Notes: generated from the sequence alone by a model not told the origin. Positions 19,801-28,355 are shown, numbered from the stretch's first letter. The stretch: 55,459 bases of DNA from Dongiaceae bacterium (GCA_040902645.1 JBBDWW010000005.1:1-55459), one strand, 5' to 3'. Program-made: numbers and translations.

Positions 19801-20053
19801 CGCCATGATCCGTAATCACCTGGTCGACGACTTGGAAGAAGCGCATCAGCAGCGCATGGACGTCTTCGGCATCCAGTCGCTGTGTGAGGTCGGTGTACCC
19901 GGCGATATCGGCAAAAAGAATAATCGCGTGGCGCCGCTCGCCGGCGGGGGGGTTCGGCGTCGTGTCGGTGGCTACAGCCTCGGCGCCGCACGCACCGCAG
20001 AACCGGGCACCGGTATCGATTGCCGCGCCGCACGCCGTGCAGAAGCGCGGCAT
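16862..20053 (-). CDS. zinc-ribbon / class III adenylate-guanylate cyclase / AAA(STAND) ATPase / TPR multidomain protein
   Basis: Track ORF of 1063 aa. The N-terminal zinc ribbon reads CTACGAAIDTGARFCGACG. Cyclase motifs are ILFADIAGYT, KHIGDAVMAVFGAP and GEAVNLAARLQ. Walker A is GEAGMGKTRL. The C-terminus is a long helical-repeat region. Confidence 0.85.
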   Translation of the reverse strand: MPRFCTACGAAIDTGARFCGACGAEAVATDTTPNPPAGERRHAIILFADIAGYTDLTQRLDAEDVHALLMRFFQVVDQVITDHGGHVDKHIGDAVMAVFGAPIAHGNDTRRAAAAALQIQSAFAALDAEVEPIRIRIGLAAGAVVADSTGSAHHREYTVTGEAVNLAARLQARAAPGEILIDQMIETTLAGNAIVEPIGLQSLKGFVDDLPVWRLTALAGERGTGESAPFIGRAAQLAQLTGALESCSVSGYGQALVVRGEAGMGKTRLIEELLRKAADSGFHGIIAHALDFGAASGADPIRQIAHALLAVDSNAPAVDRERAVARAIAEGLADTEEAGFLNDLFNLPQPPELQAVYDAMAPRVRADGRSRTVARMCRRFARRRQPLLVVVEDVHWANATTLAALARLARGLSECPGMLIMTTRLEGDPFDRAWRSAARDAAILIVDLPPLRQGEAAALAGAIASAPDGIIANCIARAEGNPLFLVQLLKSAGTAAGNLPGTVQSLVQARMDRLDPPARSVLQTAAAIGQRFPFELLRALHDDADRQCSVLVDELFLRREGEGYMFAHALIRDGINASMLRARRHEIHGRIATWYTERDPALHAEHLERAEDPAAAQAYLRAAEFCETAFKPEEAMLLARRGGLVASNPAMQATLKLKEGELLHDLGQGSTALECCEAAYELSRDDSVQLRALVGQAAALRLLGESAAALAILGRAEPLAHAGDDAVRGRMHHLRGNLHFALGQADLCRRAHEAALEIARRRADPVLEAMAWSGLGDADYAVGRWIAAAESFRRCVDLAESVNRIRIAEPNRLMWGHCLTYSAKFSDAIALMRQAVEKTLPLHDSYAEVFGFVSLSVGLSLSGNCTATEPALEQGMALATKVGAKRYEAQFLLVRAECEYFEGNRALAQELCARANTLVKETGFGFVGPSSCAHSAMAADDEAERTRFLEEGEARLAESLAHNVPWFYRVAIEIRLEEKNWSAVDGLTERFLRFRPEGQPPRLHSMLAERARAIAGWYRNPNAPAAARMRAVQFDMESCGIFLTFPEPEGAPGAKAGGFGTRF

Positions 20054-20186
20054 CTACGTCACCCGCCCCGATCGTTCCTGCCGACTCTGAAACGATGGCC
20101 GGTATGAACGTCGTGCATGGGTAGACCTCCGTTCGCTGGCGCAGACAATTTTTGCGCCCCGGCAGATTGCTATCAATTAAAGCCGA

Positions 20187-20780
20187 TCAGACATCGGCCT
20201 GATAGGGTGGCGCTGGATCATACTGGATCATCTTCTGCACGCGTCGGGCAAAATTCGGATCCCAGATCTCGCCGACCAGCCACAGCGCCATGTCGATCCC
20301 GGCCGATACGCCGGCGGCCGTCACCAGATTGCCGTCGCGGACATAACGTGGCCCGTCCAGCACCTCGGCGCGGCCGAGCGCCCGCAAGGCCGGTATGAAA
20401 TCCCAATGGGTGGTGACCCGCTTGCCGTCGCACAGCCCGGCCGCAGCCAGCAGCAGCGAGCCGGTGCACACACTGGTCACCCATTGGCAGTTCCGGGCGA
20501 CGCCGGCGATCCAGTCCAGCAGCATGCGATTGGTTGCCTCGCGGCGCGTCCCTTCGCCGCCCGGCACCAGGATGATATCGAGGCGCGGCGCATCGTCGGT
20601 CGTCGCATCCGGCAACACGCGCATACCGTTGGCACAGGTGACCGGCCCGTCACGCTCGGCGATCAGCAGGACGCGCGTGCCCTCGCGCTCGTAGGCCGCA
20701 GCGCAGAGAACCTCCCAGGGACCAACAAAATCGAGTTCCTCGACGCCGTCGAAGATCAGGATGCCGATGGTCGGTATCAT
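20187..20780 (-). CDS. DJ-1/PfpI family protein
   Basis: Track ORF of 197 aa. It has the nucleophile-elbow motif SVCTGSLLLAAAGL and the family layout (ILIFDGVEELDFVGP...). Confidence 0.85.
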   Translation of the reverse strand: MIPTIGILIFDGVEELDFVGPWEVLCAAAYEREGTRVLLIAERDGPVTCANGMRVLPDATTDDAPRLDIILVPGGEGTRREATNRMLLDWIAGVARNCQWVTSVCTGSLLLAAAGLCDGKRVTTHWDFIPALRALGRAEVLDGPRYVRDGNLVTAAGVSAGIDMALWLVGEIWDPNFARRVQKMIQYDPAPPYQADV

Positions 20781-20792
20781 GGTGGCTCTCCT

Positions 20793-21551
20793 CTAATGCG
20801 TCGCCCGGTGCAGACCGCCATCGACCAGGATCGTCTGGCCGGTGATGTACGAGGATTTGTTCGACGCGAAATACAGCACCGCATCGCCGATCTCGTCCAT
20901 GCGGGCGGCGCGCTGCATCGGGATTTCGCGCAGCGCCGCGTCGGTCAGGTCGATATTCTCGGCGAAGCCCGGCAGCAGGTTGTTCATGCGCACATGGTCG
21001 CGCGCATAGCGGTCGGCAAAAAGCTTGGTGAAACCGTGCAGCGCCGCCCGCAATGTCGAGAGCGGGAAATTCCCCTGCGGTTCGATCGCCGCGATCGAGG
21101 AGATGTTCACGAACGCACCGCCGCCCTGCCCGATCATGATCGGCGCCGCGGCGCGGGCCGCGCGGATAACCGAGAGAACATAGGAATCGAATCCGGCCTG
21201 CCAGGTGGCATCCTCGATATCGAGCAGGCTCACCGGATTGTCGGCGTCAAAGCCGATCGTTTTGAGCGGCCAGTCCGGGCCGCGCGGAATCTTGCCGTGA
21301 CCCATCGAGGTGACGACGGCATCGATCCGGCCCCATTCCGACATGGCTTGCTTGACCAGCGCGTCGAGGTCGGCGGATTCGCGATTCGAGCCCTGACGGC
21401 CGATGCCGCCGAGTTCCTTTGCCAGTTCCATGCTACGAGGCGACGGCGACATCAGCGCAACCTTGAACCCGCCCGCTGCCAGTGCGCGGGCCGCCGCGGC
21501 ACCGAGGCCCGAGCCGGCCCCCGTTACGATCGCAACCCTGGTCTCCGCCAT
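20793..21551 (-). CDS. SDR family oxidoreductase
   Basis: Lies within the track ORF 20793..21596. ATG 21551 is preceded by AAGGAG. The sequence reads MAETRVAIVTGAGSGLG (TGxxxGxG). Confidence 0.85.
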   Translation of the reverse strand: MAETRVAIVTGAGSGLGAAAARALAAGGFKVALMSPSPRSMELAKELGGIGRQGSNRESADLDALVKQAMSEWGRIDAVVTSMGHGKIPRGPDWPLKTIGFDADNPVSLLDIEDATWQAGFDSYVLSVIRAARAAAPIMIGQGGGAFVNISSIAAIEPQGNFPLSTLRAALHGFTKLFADRYARDHVRMNNLLPGFAENIDLTDAALREIPMQRAARMDEIGDAVLYFASNKSSYITGQTILVDGGLHRATH

Positions 21552-21611
21552 CGCACGCTCCTTCTGGTTATCAGGCTGCGGCTTTTGCGCCGGCAAACCT
21601 TATACTAGCCC

Positions 21612-22238
21612 GTGAACCGATCCGACGGACCAGCGCGCGAAACGATGGCAGACACATCCAGAAACAAAGCGCGGCGGGCCGGGCGTTCCCCCATCGGAAC
21701 CATGCCGGCCTTCTTTCCCGCCAGGCTGGCGCCGCGGCAACTCTTGTTGAGCCAGACGCTCGCCTATGGCGTCGGGCTCGCCTTGCCGGCTCTCGTGGGC
21801 ATCATTTTCGCAGCCGTCTATGGCGAGTACTGGGCGCTGGCCTTGCCGGTTCCATTCGCAATGGTGCTGGGGATCGCCGCATCGTTCCGGCCGCGCGGCT
21901 TCCTGGTCGACGCGCAGCGCATCGCCGTCGTGCGCACGATCGGCCCGATCACATGGCCTTTGTCCGATGTCGCGATCCTGCGTGCACCGCCGGTCTGGGG
22001 GCCGACCAAACCGCTCGCACTCATGGCGACGAGGGGTCTGTTTGGAACCTATGGCTGGTTCTGGAACCGCGACTGGGGCGCGCACCGGATCTATATGACC
22101 GACCCGGACGAGGCGGTCGAAATCGAGCTGACCAGCGGCCGGCATATCGTGGTGACGCCGGCTTCGCATCGCGATTTTGTTGCAGCCGTGCGCGATGCGG
22201 CGAAGAACGCGGGGATCGCAATCCAGATCGAGCAGTAA
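21612..22238 (+). CDS. membrane protein with a bacterial PH (bPH_5-like) domain
   Basis: Track ORF of 208 aa. It has two TM helices, then GLFGTYGWFWNRDWGAHRIYMTDPDEAVEIELTSGRHIVVTPASHRDFV, resembling bacterial PH-domain proteins. The start is uncertain. Confidence 0.5.
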   Translation: MNRSDGPARETMADTSRNKARRAGRSPIGTMPAFFPARLAPRQLLLSQTLAYGVGLALPALVGIIFAAVYGEYWALALPVPFAMVLGIAASFRPRGFLVDAQRIAVVRTIGPITWPLSDVAILRAPPVWGPTKPLALMATRGLFGTYGWFWNRDWGAHRIYMTDPDEAVEIELTSGRHIVVTPASHRDFVAAVRDAAKNAGIAIQIEQ

Positions 22239-22278
22239 TCGCGCCGATACGCGGCACGGACCTCCGGTGCGCGGACGT

Positions 22279-23817
22279 TTAACGCAGCGCGGCGCGCGCC
22301 ACCTTGCCGGTCGCGGTCAATGGTAGCGAGGGCCGGAACTCGATCGAATCCGGCACCATCCAGGTTGGCATGCGATCGGCAAGCCAGCCGCGCAGCGCAT
22401 CGGAATCGGCCGAGGCGCCGGGATTGAGCACGATATAGGCCTTGGCACGTTCGCCGAGCACGCCGTCCGGTACGCCGACGACGGCAGCGAGCGAAACCTG
22501 CGGATGTGCGCAGAGTGCATTCTCGACCGCGGTCGGATCGATGCGGTGATAGCCGCTCATGATCTTGTCGTCGAGGCGGCCGAACACCACGAGATGCCCG
22601 TCCGTATCGATCAACCCGCCATCGCCGGTGCGGTACCAGCCGTTCTGCAGCACCCGCGCGGTTTCCTTGGGCATGTTGTAATAGCCCTTCATCACGCCGG
22701 GCGAGGCGACCGCAATTTCGCCCTCAACACCCATCGGACGGATCGAACCGTCTTCGGCAAGGATACGCACCTTCACCCCGGGGATCGGCCGACCGACCTT
22801 GCCGCGCACATAGCCGTCGCGTTCGAGGCACCAGGAAACCGCCGTCGTGGTTTCGGTCGCGCCATAGCCCGGCAGGATCGGCACGCCGAACTGGGCGACG
22901 AATTCCTCGTACCAGCTCAGCGGAAAGGCCGCCCCGCCGGTGACGCATAGTTTCAGATTGCGGCGAATCGCGGCGATGTCCGCCTTGTCCGCATGCGCGA
23001 TCAGATCGTGATAGAAGATCGGCATCTCAAGTAAATACGTGATGCCCTCGTCGGCAATGATCTTCAGCACCTCTTCGGGATCGCGCGTATCGCAGAGTAC
23101 GATCGTATTGGCCATGAAGACCGGCAGCAGCAGCAAGAAGAGCTGCGCCATGATGCCTTCGTAATCGCCCGGCGCCAGACGGCGGTCGCAGGCTTCGGGT
23201 GCGGCGAGCGGCATCGTCAGCAGCGTCATTGCCGCGATATTACCGTGCGTGATCTGCGCGCCCTTGCGCACGCCCATCGTACCCGAGGTGAACGCGATCG
23301 TCGCGACCTCGTCGGGCATCACCGGGGCTGCGGGAACATCGCCATGGCGCGTCTCGAACCAGTGGCTGATCAGCGCGTATTCCGATTTCATTTCGTCGGA
23401 TATCGGATCCATCGGCAGCGTCCAGACCGGTATCTGCCGGCCGGTATCCTGCACGGCTCCGAGCAGCGTTTCGGCCAGCTCGTCGCTGCCGCGCTCGGAG
23501 GAACAGATGATCGCGTCGATATCGCATTCCTTGATCACCTCGGCGAATTCGCCCCGGGTCCAGAGGTGATCGAAACCGACCAATGTGGCGCCGGTCTTGA
23601 TAATACCAAAATAGGCGGCGACGAAACCCGGACGCAGCGTCGTACAGAGCGCGACGCGGCTGCCGCGACCGAGGCCGCGCCGCAGCAGTTCGACCGTCAA
23701 TCCGTTCGCCATCGACTGGATCTGGCTGTAGGTGAACGACCGGCTGCGATGACGCACCGCGATCACATCGGGACAGCGCCGCGCGCTCGAATCGAGATAT
23801 GTCGCGATGTTGAGCAT
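22279..23817 (-). CDS. ANL-superfamily adenylating enzyme (acyl/aryl-CoA ligase), paralogue A
   Basis: Track ORF of 512 aa. Motifs present: FTSGTMGVRKG, GYGATETT, YRTGD, GRLDDKI and the C-terminal LTATGKVAR lysine. It is the last gene of the luxI-linked operon. Confidence 0.85.
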   Translation of the reverse strand: MLNIATYLDSSARRCPDVIAVRHRSRSFTYSQIQSMANGLTVELLRRGLGRGSRVALCTTLRPGFVAAYFGIIKTGATLVGFDHLWTRGEFAEVIKECDIDAIICSSERGSDELAETLLGAVQDTGRQIPVWTLPMDPISDEMKSEYALISHWFETRHGDVPAAPVMPDEVATIAFTSGTMGVRKGAQITHGNIAAMTLLTMPLAAPEACDRRLAPGDYEGIMAQLFLLLLPVFMANTIVLCDTRDPEEVLKIIADEGITYLLEMPIFYHDLIAHADKADIAAIRRNLKLCVTGGAAFPLSWYEEFVAQFGVPILPGYGATETTTAVSWCLERDGYVRGKVGRPIPGVKVRILAEDGSIRPMGVEGEIAVASPGVMKGYYNMPKETARVLQNGWYRTGDGGLIDTDGHLVVFGRLDDKIMSGYHRIDPTAVENALCAHPQVSLAAVVGVPDGVLGERAKAYIVLNPGASADSDALRGWLADRMPTWMVPDSIEFRPSLPLTATGKVARAALR

Positions 23818-23821
23818 GGCG

Positions 23822-25366
23822 CTATGTACCGCGCAGCGCCGCGCGGGCGACTTTGCCGGTGGCGGTCAAGGGCAAGTTTAGCCGGAACTCGATCAGGTCG
23901 GGAACCATCCAGGCCGGCATCTGATCGGCGAGCCAGTCGCGCAGTGCATCCGGATCGGCCGGAACGCCGGGATTGAGAACGATGAACGCTTTGGTCCGCT
24001 CGCCGAGCACGTCGTCGGGAACGCCGATGACCGCTGCAAGCGACACGCCCGGATGCGCACAGAGCGCATTCTCGACGGCAGTCGGATCGATGCGGTGATA
24101 GCCGCTGGTGATCTTGTCGTCGAGACGGCCGATGACGACCAGATGCCCGTCGCCATCGATCAGTCCGCGATCGCCGGTCATGTACCAGCCGTTCTGCAGC
24201 ACGCGCGCGGTATCCTTGGGCATTCCGAAATAGCCCTTCATCACGCCAGGCGACGAGACCGCAATCTCGCCTTCGGATTCCGCGGGCCGGACAGAACCGT
24301 CTTCGGCGAGGATGCGCAGCTTCACGCCGGGAATCGGGCGGCCGACCTTACCGCGCACATAGCCGTCGCGCTCGAGACACCAGGTAACCGCCGTAGTCGT
24401 TTCGGTCGCGCCATAGCCCGGCAGGATCGGCGTACCGTAGAGCCTGACGAACTCTTCGTACCAGGCCGGCGGAAAGGCGGCGCCGCCGGTCACGCAGATC
24501 TTCAGATTGCGGCGAATAGTAGCGGTATCGGCCTTGCCGGCATGTGCGATCAGGTCGTGATAGAAGATCGGCATCTCGAGCAGATAGGTGATGCCTTCGG
24601 TCGCGATCATCCGCAGCACTTCGTCCGGATCCCGGGTGTCGCACAGCACGATCGTGTCGCCCATGAAGATCGGCGCCAGCAGCAGGAAGAACTGCGCCAT
24701 GATGCCTTCATATTTGCCCGGTGCCAGGCGCCGCGCACAGGCCTCGCGCGCCGCGAGCGGCATAGTCAGAAGCGTCATCGCATAGAGATTGCCGTGCGTG
24801 ATTTGCGCACCCTTGCGCACGCCGGTCGTACCCGACGTAAAGGCGATGGTCGCGACCTCGTCGGGCGCCACCGACGCAGCGGCCACATCGCTGTTCGGCA
24901 TCGCATGCCATTCCGATACCGAAGCAAAACCGGTGCCGGGTGTGTTTGCGCCGGGCGTGACCGGCAAGGTCCAGATCGGAACCGGCCGGCCGGTGGCGAC
25001 TACCGCCGCCGCCAGCGTCTCAGCGAGCACGCTGTCGCCCCGATCGGCCGAGCAAATGATCGCATCGACCTCGCAATCCTCGATCAGGCGCTCGAAATCA
25101 TGGCGGTTCCAGGCATCGTCGAACCCGACCAGCGTCGCGCCGGTCTTGAGGATGCCGAAGAACGCCGCAACGAAACCGGGGCGGACCGTCGAACAGAGCG
25201 CGACCCGACTGCCGCGACCGATGCCGTTGGTCATCAGACCGATCGCCATGCTGTCGGCCATCGCCTGAATCTGGCGATAGGTGTAGGAGCGGCCACGATG
25301 GCGCACCGCGACGGCATCGGGCAGCCGCCGCGTGGTCGAGTCGAGATAGGTGGCGACGTTAAGCAT
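23822..25366 (-). CDS. ANL-superfamily adenylating enzyme (acyl/aryl-CoA ligase), paralogue B
   Basis: Track ORF of 514 aa. It carries the same motif set (FTSGTTGVRKG, GYGATETT, YMTGD, GRLDDKI, LTATGKVAR) and is collinear with paralogue A along its whole length. Confidence 0.85.
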   Translation of the reverse strand: MLNVATYLDSTTRRLPDAVAVRHRGRSYTYRQIQAMADSMAIGLMTNGIGRGSRVALCSTVRPGFVAAFFGILKTGATLVGFDDAWNRHDFERLIEDCEVDAIICSADRGDSVLAETLAAAVVATGRPVPIWTLPVTPGANTPGTGFASVSEWHAMPNSDVAAASVAPDEVATIAFTSGTTGVRKGAQITHGNLYAMTLLTMPLAAREACARRLAPGKYEGIMAQFFLLLAPIFMGDTIVLCDTRDPDEVLRMIATEGITYLLEMPIFYHDLIAHAGKADTATIRRNLKICVTGGAAFPPAWYEEFVRLYGTPILPGYGATETTTAVTWCLERDGYVRGKVGRPIPGVKLRILAEDGSVRPAESEGEIAVSSPGVMKGYFGMPKDTARVLQNGWYMTGDRGLIDGDGHLVVIGRLDDKITSGYHRIDPTAVENALCAHPGVSLAAVIGVPDDVLGERTKAFIVLNPGVPADPDALRDWLADQMPAWMVPDLIEFRLNLPLTATGKVARAALRGT

Positions 25367-26609
25367 TGCCGCGCGCCTCGCTGGATACCGGCGTCGACGA
25401 GTCCGACCGCATCAATGGCAGCAGAATGACCAGACCTGTGGCGATGATAGCCGCTGCGACACCGACCAGGAACGGGGCCGACGGCGAAATCACCTGGAAC
25501 ACGAAACCGCCGAGCAGCGGACCGATGATCCAGGCGGCGTTCGTGCCGGTATGGCAGAGCCCCATCGCTGCGCCCTGCTCGTTCGCCGGTGCCGCTTTGG
25601 AGAACAGGCTGGCATAACAGGAATTGGCGGTCGCAGCGCCGGCACCGGCGAGCGTCATCGCGGCCAGCAGCGACCATGGCTCGATCCAGAAGACCGGCAA
25701 TAACAGGCTGCCAGCCACCACCAATGTCGAGGCGATCGAAAGCGGCACCAGGCCGAACCAGCGTGCCGCCCGCTCGGTGAACCAGAACTGGGTCACGAAG
25801 CCCGCGACGCCGGCGGCCAGATAGGCCAGCGACAATTCGGTCGCACCCCAATTGAGTCGCACACTCGTCCAAACCCCGACGGTGCCGTCGAGCTGTGCCC
25901 AGACGAGCGCGAGCACTGTCATCGCGGCGATGGGTAGCGCGAAAGCACGCGTCAGCATCGTCGCCGAGATTCCGTGCCCGAGCCATCGAAGCTTGCCGAG
26001 GCCGACCGAGCGGGCCTCGGGAGGTACCAGAATCATCTCGACCGGTTTTGCCTGGGTCGACGCCGGGACGATCCGGCGCAGCAGCAAAGCCGCGAGCACC
26101 AGCGTGACAATCGCAATGCCGGTGACAGCCCAGCCGATCGTCACATGCGAATCATTGGACATCCGGCTCAGCAGATAAGCGATCAGCGGACCGACCACAA
26201 AAGCCAGCGCCCAGGCGCCGTTGAAATGCGCCATCCCGCGCGTGCGGGATTCTTCGTCAGTTGCATCGGCGATATAGGCCTGAAGCACCGGTATAGCCGC
26301 GGCCCCGAGACCGGCGAGGCCGCGGGCTACCAGAAGCCAGAAATAACTGTCGCCCATGGCCAGAACCGCATTGGAGAGCGGCATCACGGCGAGCGTCAGC
26401 AGGATGACGGGCTTGCGGCCGATATGGTCACTGAAGCGGCCCCACAGGAACGCGGTGAGCACCAGCATCAGGGTATCGAATGCCATAACGAACGCGACCA
26501 TGAACGGCGACGCCCCGAGCTCCATCGCGCGATAGGGCATCACGGGTGTCACAATCGCCAAGCTGAGCATGGCGAGAAAGACCAGGAGCACGGGCCTGCG
26601 CATGGTCAA
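25359..26609 (-). CDS. MFS transporter (drug:H+ antiporter-like)
   Basis: Track ORF of 416 aa. It has the MFS motif A-like sequence GRFSDHIGRKPVILL and about 12 TM helices. It lies 11 nt after the P450 stop and overlaps the ligase B start by 8 nt. Confidence 0.85.
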   Translation of the reverse strand: MTMRRPVLLVFLAMLSLAIVTPVMPYRAMELGASPFMVAFVMAFDTLMLVLTAFLWGRFSDHIGRKPVILLTLAVMPLSNAVLAMGDSYFWLLVARGLAGLGAAAIPVLQAYIADATDEESRTRGMAHFNGAWALAFVVGPLIAYLLSRMSNDSHVTIGWAVTGIAIVTLVLAALLLRRIVPASTQAKPVEMILVPPEARSVGLGKLRWLGHGISATMLTRAFALPIAAMTVLALVWAQLDGTVGVWTSVRLNWGATELSLAYLAAGVAGFVTQFWFTERAARWFGLVPLSIASTLVVAGSLLLPVFWIEPWSLLAAMTLAGAGAATANSCYASLFSKAAPANEQGAAMGLCHTGTNAAWIIGPLLGGFVFQVISPSAPFLVGVAAAIIATGLVILLPLMRSDSSTPVSSEARGNA

Positions 26610-26620
26610 TATGTTCGATG

Positions 26621-28012
26621 TCAGTTTCGGGTGCGGATGCGTGCCATGATCGGTCCACTCGGCCGAAGCGTGATCATTGGCTCCGGCACGACATTCTGCC
26701 CGGGTTCGATTTCAACTTCGAAACGGCGCAGCAGCAGCCCTAAAATGACTCGCGCTTCCCACAGCGCGAACTGCTCGCCAAGGCAGCGCCGCGGGCCGCC
26801 GCCGAAGGGGAAATAGGAATAACGATCGGATCCGCGCTCGTCGCGTCCCGCGAAACGTTCCGGCCGGAATGCGTCGGGATCAGGCCACAGCTCGGGATTC
26901 CGCTGCACGGCATAGGGACAGAGAATCATGTTTGTGCCGGCCGCAATCGGCATATCCTCGAACCGGTCGTCCTCGATTGCCGCGCGCGACATCGTCCAGA
27001 CCGGCGGATAGAGCCGCATGGTCTCATGGAACACCTGACCGACATAGTCGAGCCGGCGCAACGCATCGATGGTCGCTTCGCCCGACGGCATCACATTGTC
27101 GATTTCCTCGCGCATGCCCCGCATGGCTTCGCGATGCTTGTCCCCGATCCACCAGACCCAGCTCAGCGCATTGGCGGTCGTTTCGTGCCCGGCCAAAATA
27201 AAACTGCGGACCTCGTCGATCAGCAGATTAGGCGCCGGCCCATCGGCCGGACGATCGCTATAGGCGGCGATGAAGATATCGAGCAGATCGCCGCGCGGCG
27301 AGCCCTCTTTCTGGCGCTGCACCACAATGGATTCGACGAACTCGTCGATCACGCGCTGCGCCGCGGCAACGCGGCGATTGCGAGGCGTCGGAACGCCAAA
27401 GGGGATATTGACCACCGCCCAGACCCGGCGTTCGGCATCGCGCAGCAGAAATGTCAGCGCGCTGTAAATCGATTCATAGCGATCGTCGAGCGTGACGCTG
27501 AATAACGCGCGCATGATGATGTCGAGGGTGACCCGCATCATTTCTTCGGCAAGATCGACCGGCCGGCCGCGCCGCGCTTCCTCTTCCCAGCGCCGAACCA
27601 TGTCCGATGCCGCGTCGTTCATCGCAGCAACCAGCCGCGGATATTCGAAGCCCTGAAAGCCTTTTGCCGATGTCCGACGCTGGGCGAGCCAGGCATCGCC
27701 TTCGGCGAGAAAGATGCCGTCGCCGAGCATCGGCTTCAGCAGCGCCACATAATCGCTCTTCCGATAGTTCCGCGCGTTGTCTTGCATCACATGCTTGATC
27801 AACGCAGGCGACGTCGGAAAGAGAGCGCGCCGGAATCCGAGCCGCATTTCCACGGCCCGACCCGGGATGCGACCCAGTTGGGCGAAGAATGCGAGCGGAT
27901 CCCGGCGCAGTTGCGGGAGGACACCGACGATCGGCCAGCCCGGCACACGGGCAATCCGGGAGGAGGCAGGGCATTGAACCGTACCCGGAGCAGCCGTCGA
28001 GATTGCCATCAA
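26621..28012 (-). CDS. cytochrome P450 (E-class, CYP4/CYP102-like motifs)
   Basis: Track ORF of 463 aa. Motifs: I-helix AGHETTAN, K-helix ETMRLYPP, FRPERF, and the heme loop FPFGGGPRRCLGEQFA. GGAGG lies upstream of the TTG 28012 / ATG 28009 start. Confidence 0.9.
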   Translation of the reverse strand: MMAISTAAPGTVQCPASSRIARVPGWPIVGVLPQLRRDPLAFFAQLGRIPGRAVEMRLGFRRALFPTSPALIKHVMQDNARNYRKSDYVALLKPMLGDGIFLAEGDAWLAQRRTSAKGFQGFEYPRLVAAMNDAASDMVRRWEEEARRGRPVDLAEEMMRVTLDIIMRALFSVTLDDRYESIYSALTFLLRDAERRVWAVVNIPFGVPTPRNRRVAAAQRVIDEFVESIVVQRQKEGSPRGDLLDIFIAAYSDRPADGPAPNLLIDEVRSFILAGHETTANALSWVWWIGDKHREAMRGMREEIDNVMPSGEATIDALRRLDYVGQVFHETMRLYPPVWTMSRAAIEDDRFEDMPIAAGTNMILCPYAVQRNPELWPDPDAFRPERFAGRDERGSDRYSYFPFGGGPRRCLGEQFALWEARVILGLLLRRFEVEIEPGQNVVPEPMITLRPSGPIMARIRTRN

Positions 28013-28030
28013 TGGCGTCCTCCCGATCCC

Positions 28031-28318
28031 TCAAGCGTCATGCGGACGACCATTGGCCCGGCGCTGGCTGAAAGACGGGTGTGCGTTGTCGTTGTCGCGC
28101 GCAGCCATCTGCGCCGACACGATCTTTACAGAATGGGTGATCGATTCACGAATGCTCTGGCCGGCAACGCCGATCAGGTGCGATTCGAAGACGAGATTGA
28201 TCCGCAAAGCGACCTCCTGCAGATACTGCAGGCTTTCGATGATCGCGTGTGCTTCGCGCATCTGTTCGGTCGAGCGCAGGGCCGTCGGCTCGAGCGTTTC
28301 GCTCTTGGTCATAGGCAT
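28031..28318 (-). CDS. 95-aa orphan protein between luxI and the P450 (hypothetical; candidate quorum-sensing modulator)
   Basis: This is the C-terminal part of the track ORF 28031..28651. ATG 28318 is preceded by AAAGGAG with a 7-nt spacer. It starts 37 nt after the luxI stop. The sequence is MPMTKSETLEPTALRSTEQMREAHAIIESLQYLQEVALRINLVFESHLIGVAGQSIRESITHSVKIVSAQMAARDNDNAHPSFSQRRANGRPHDA. It looks helical with a polar tail. I recognise no family. Confidence 0.55.
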   Translation of the reverse strand: MPMTKSETLEPTALRSTEQMREAHAIIESLQYLQEVALRINLVFESHLIGVAGQSIRESITHSVKIVSAQMAARDNDNAHPSFSQRRANGRPHDA

Positions 28319-28355
28319 TCCAATGCTCCTTTGGGCATGGGAGAAGTCGGGAAGA

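Larger units (their letters stand above)
22279..25366 (-). repeat. tandem gene duplication (two ANL ligase paralogues head to tail, 4-nt spacer)
   Basis: The proteins align end to end. By-eye identity is about two-thirds in the N-terminal 100 residues and higher in the C-terminal half. Confidence 0.8.
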
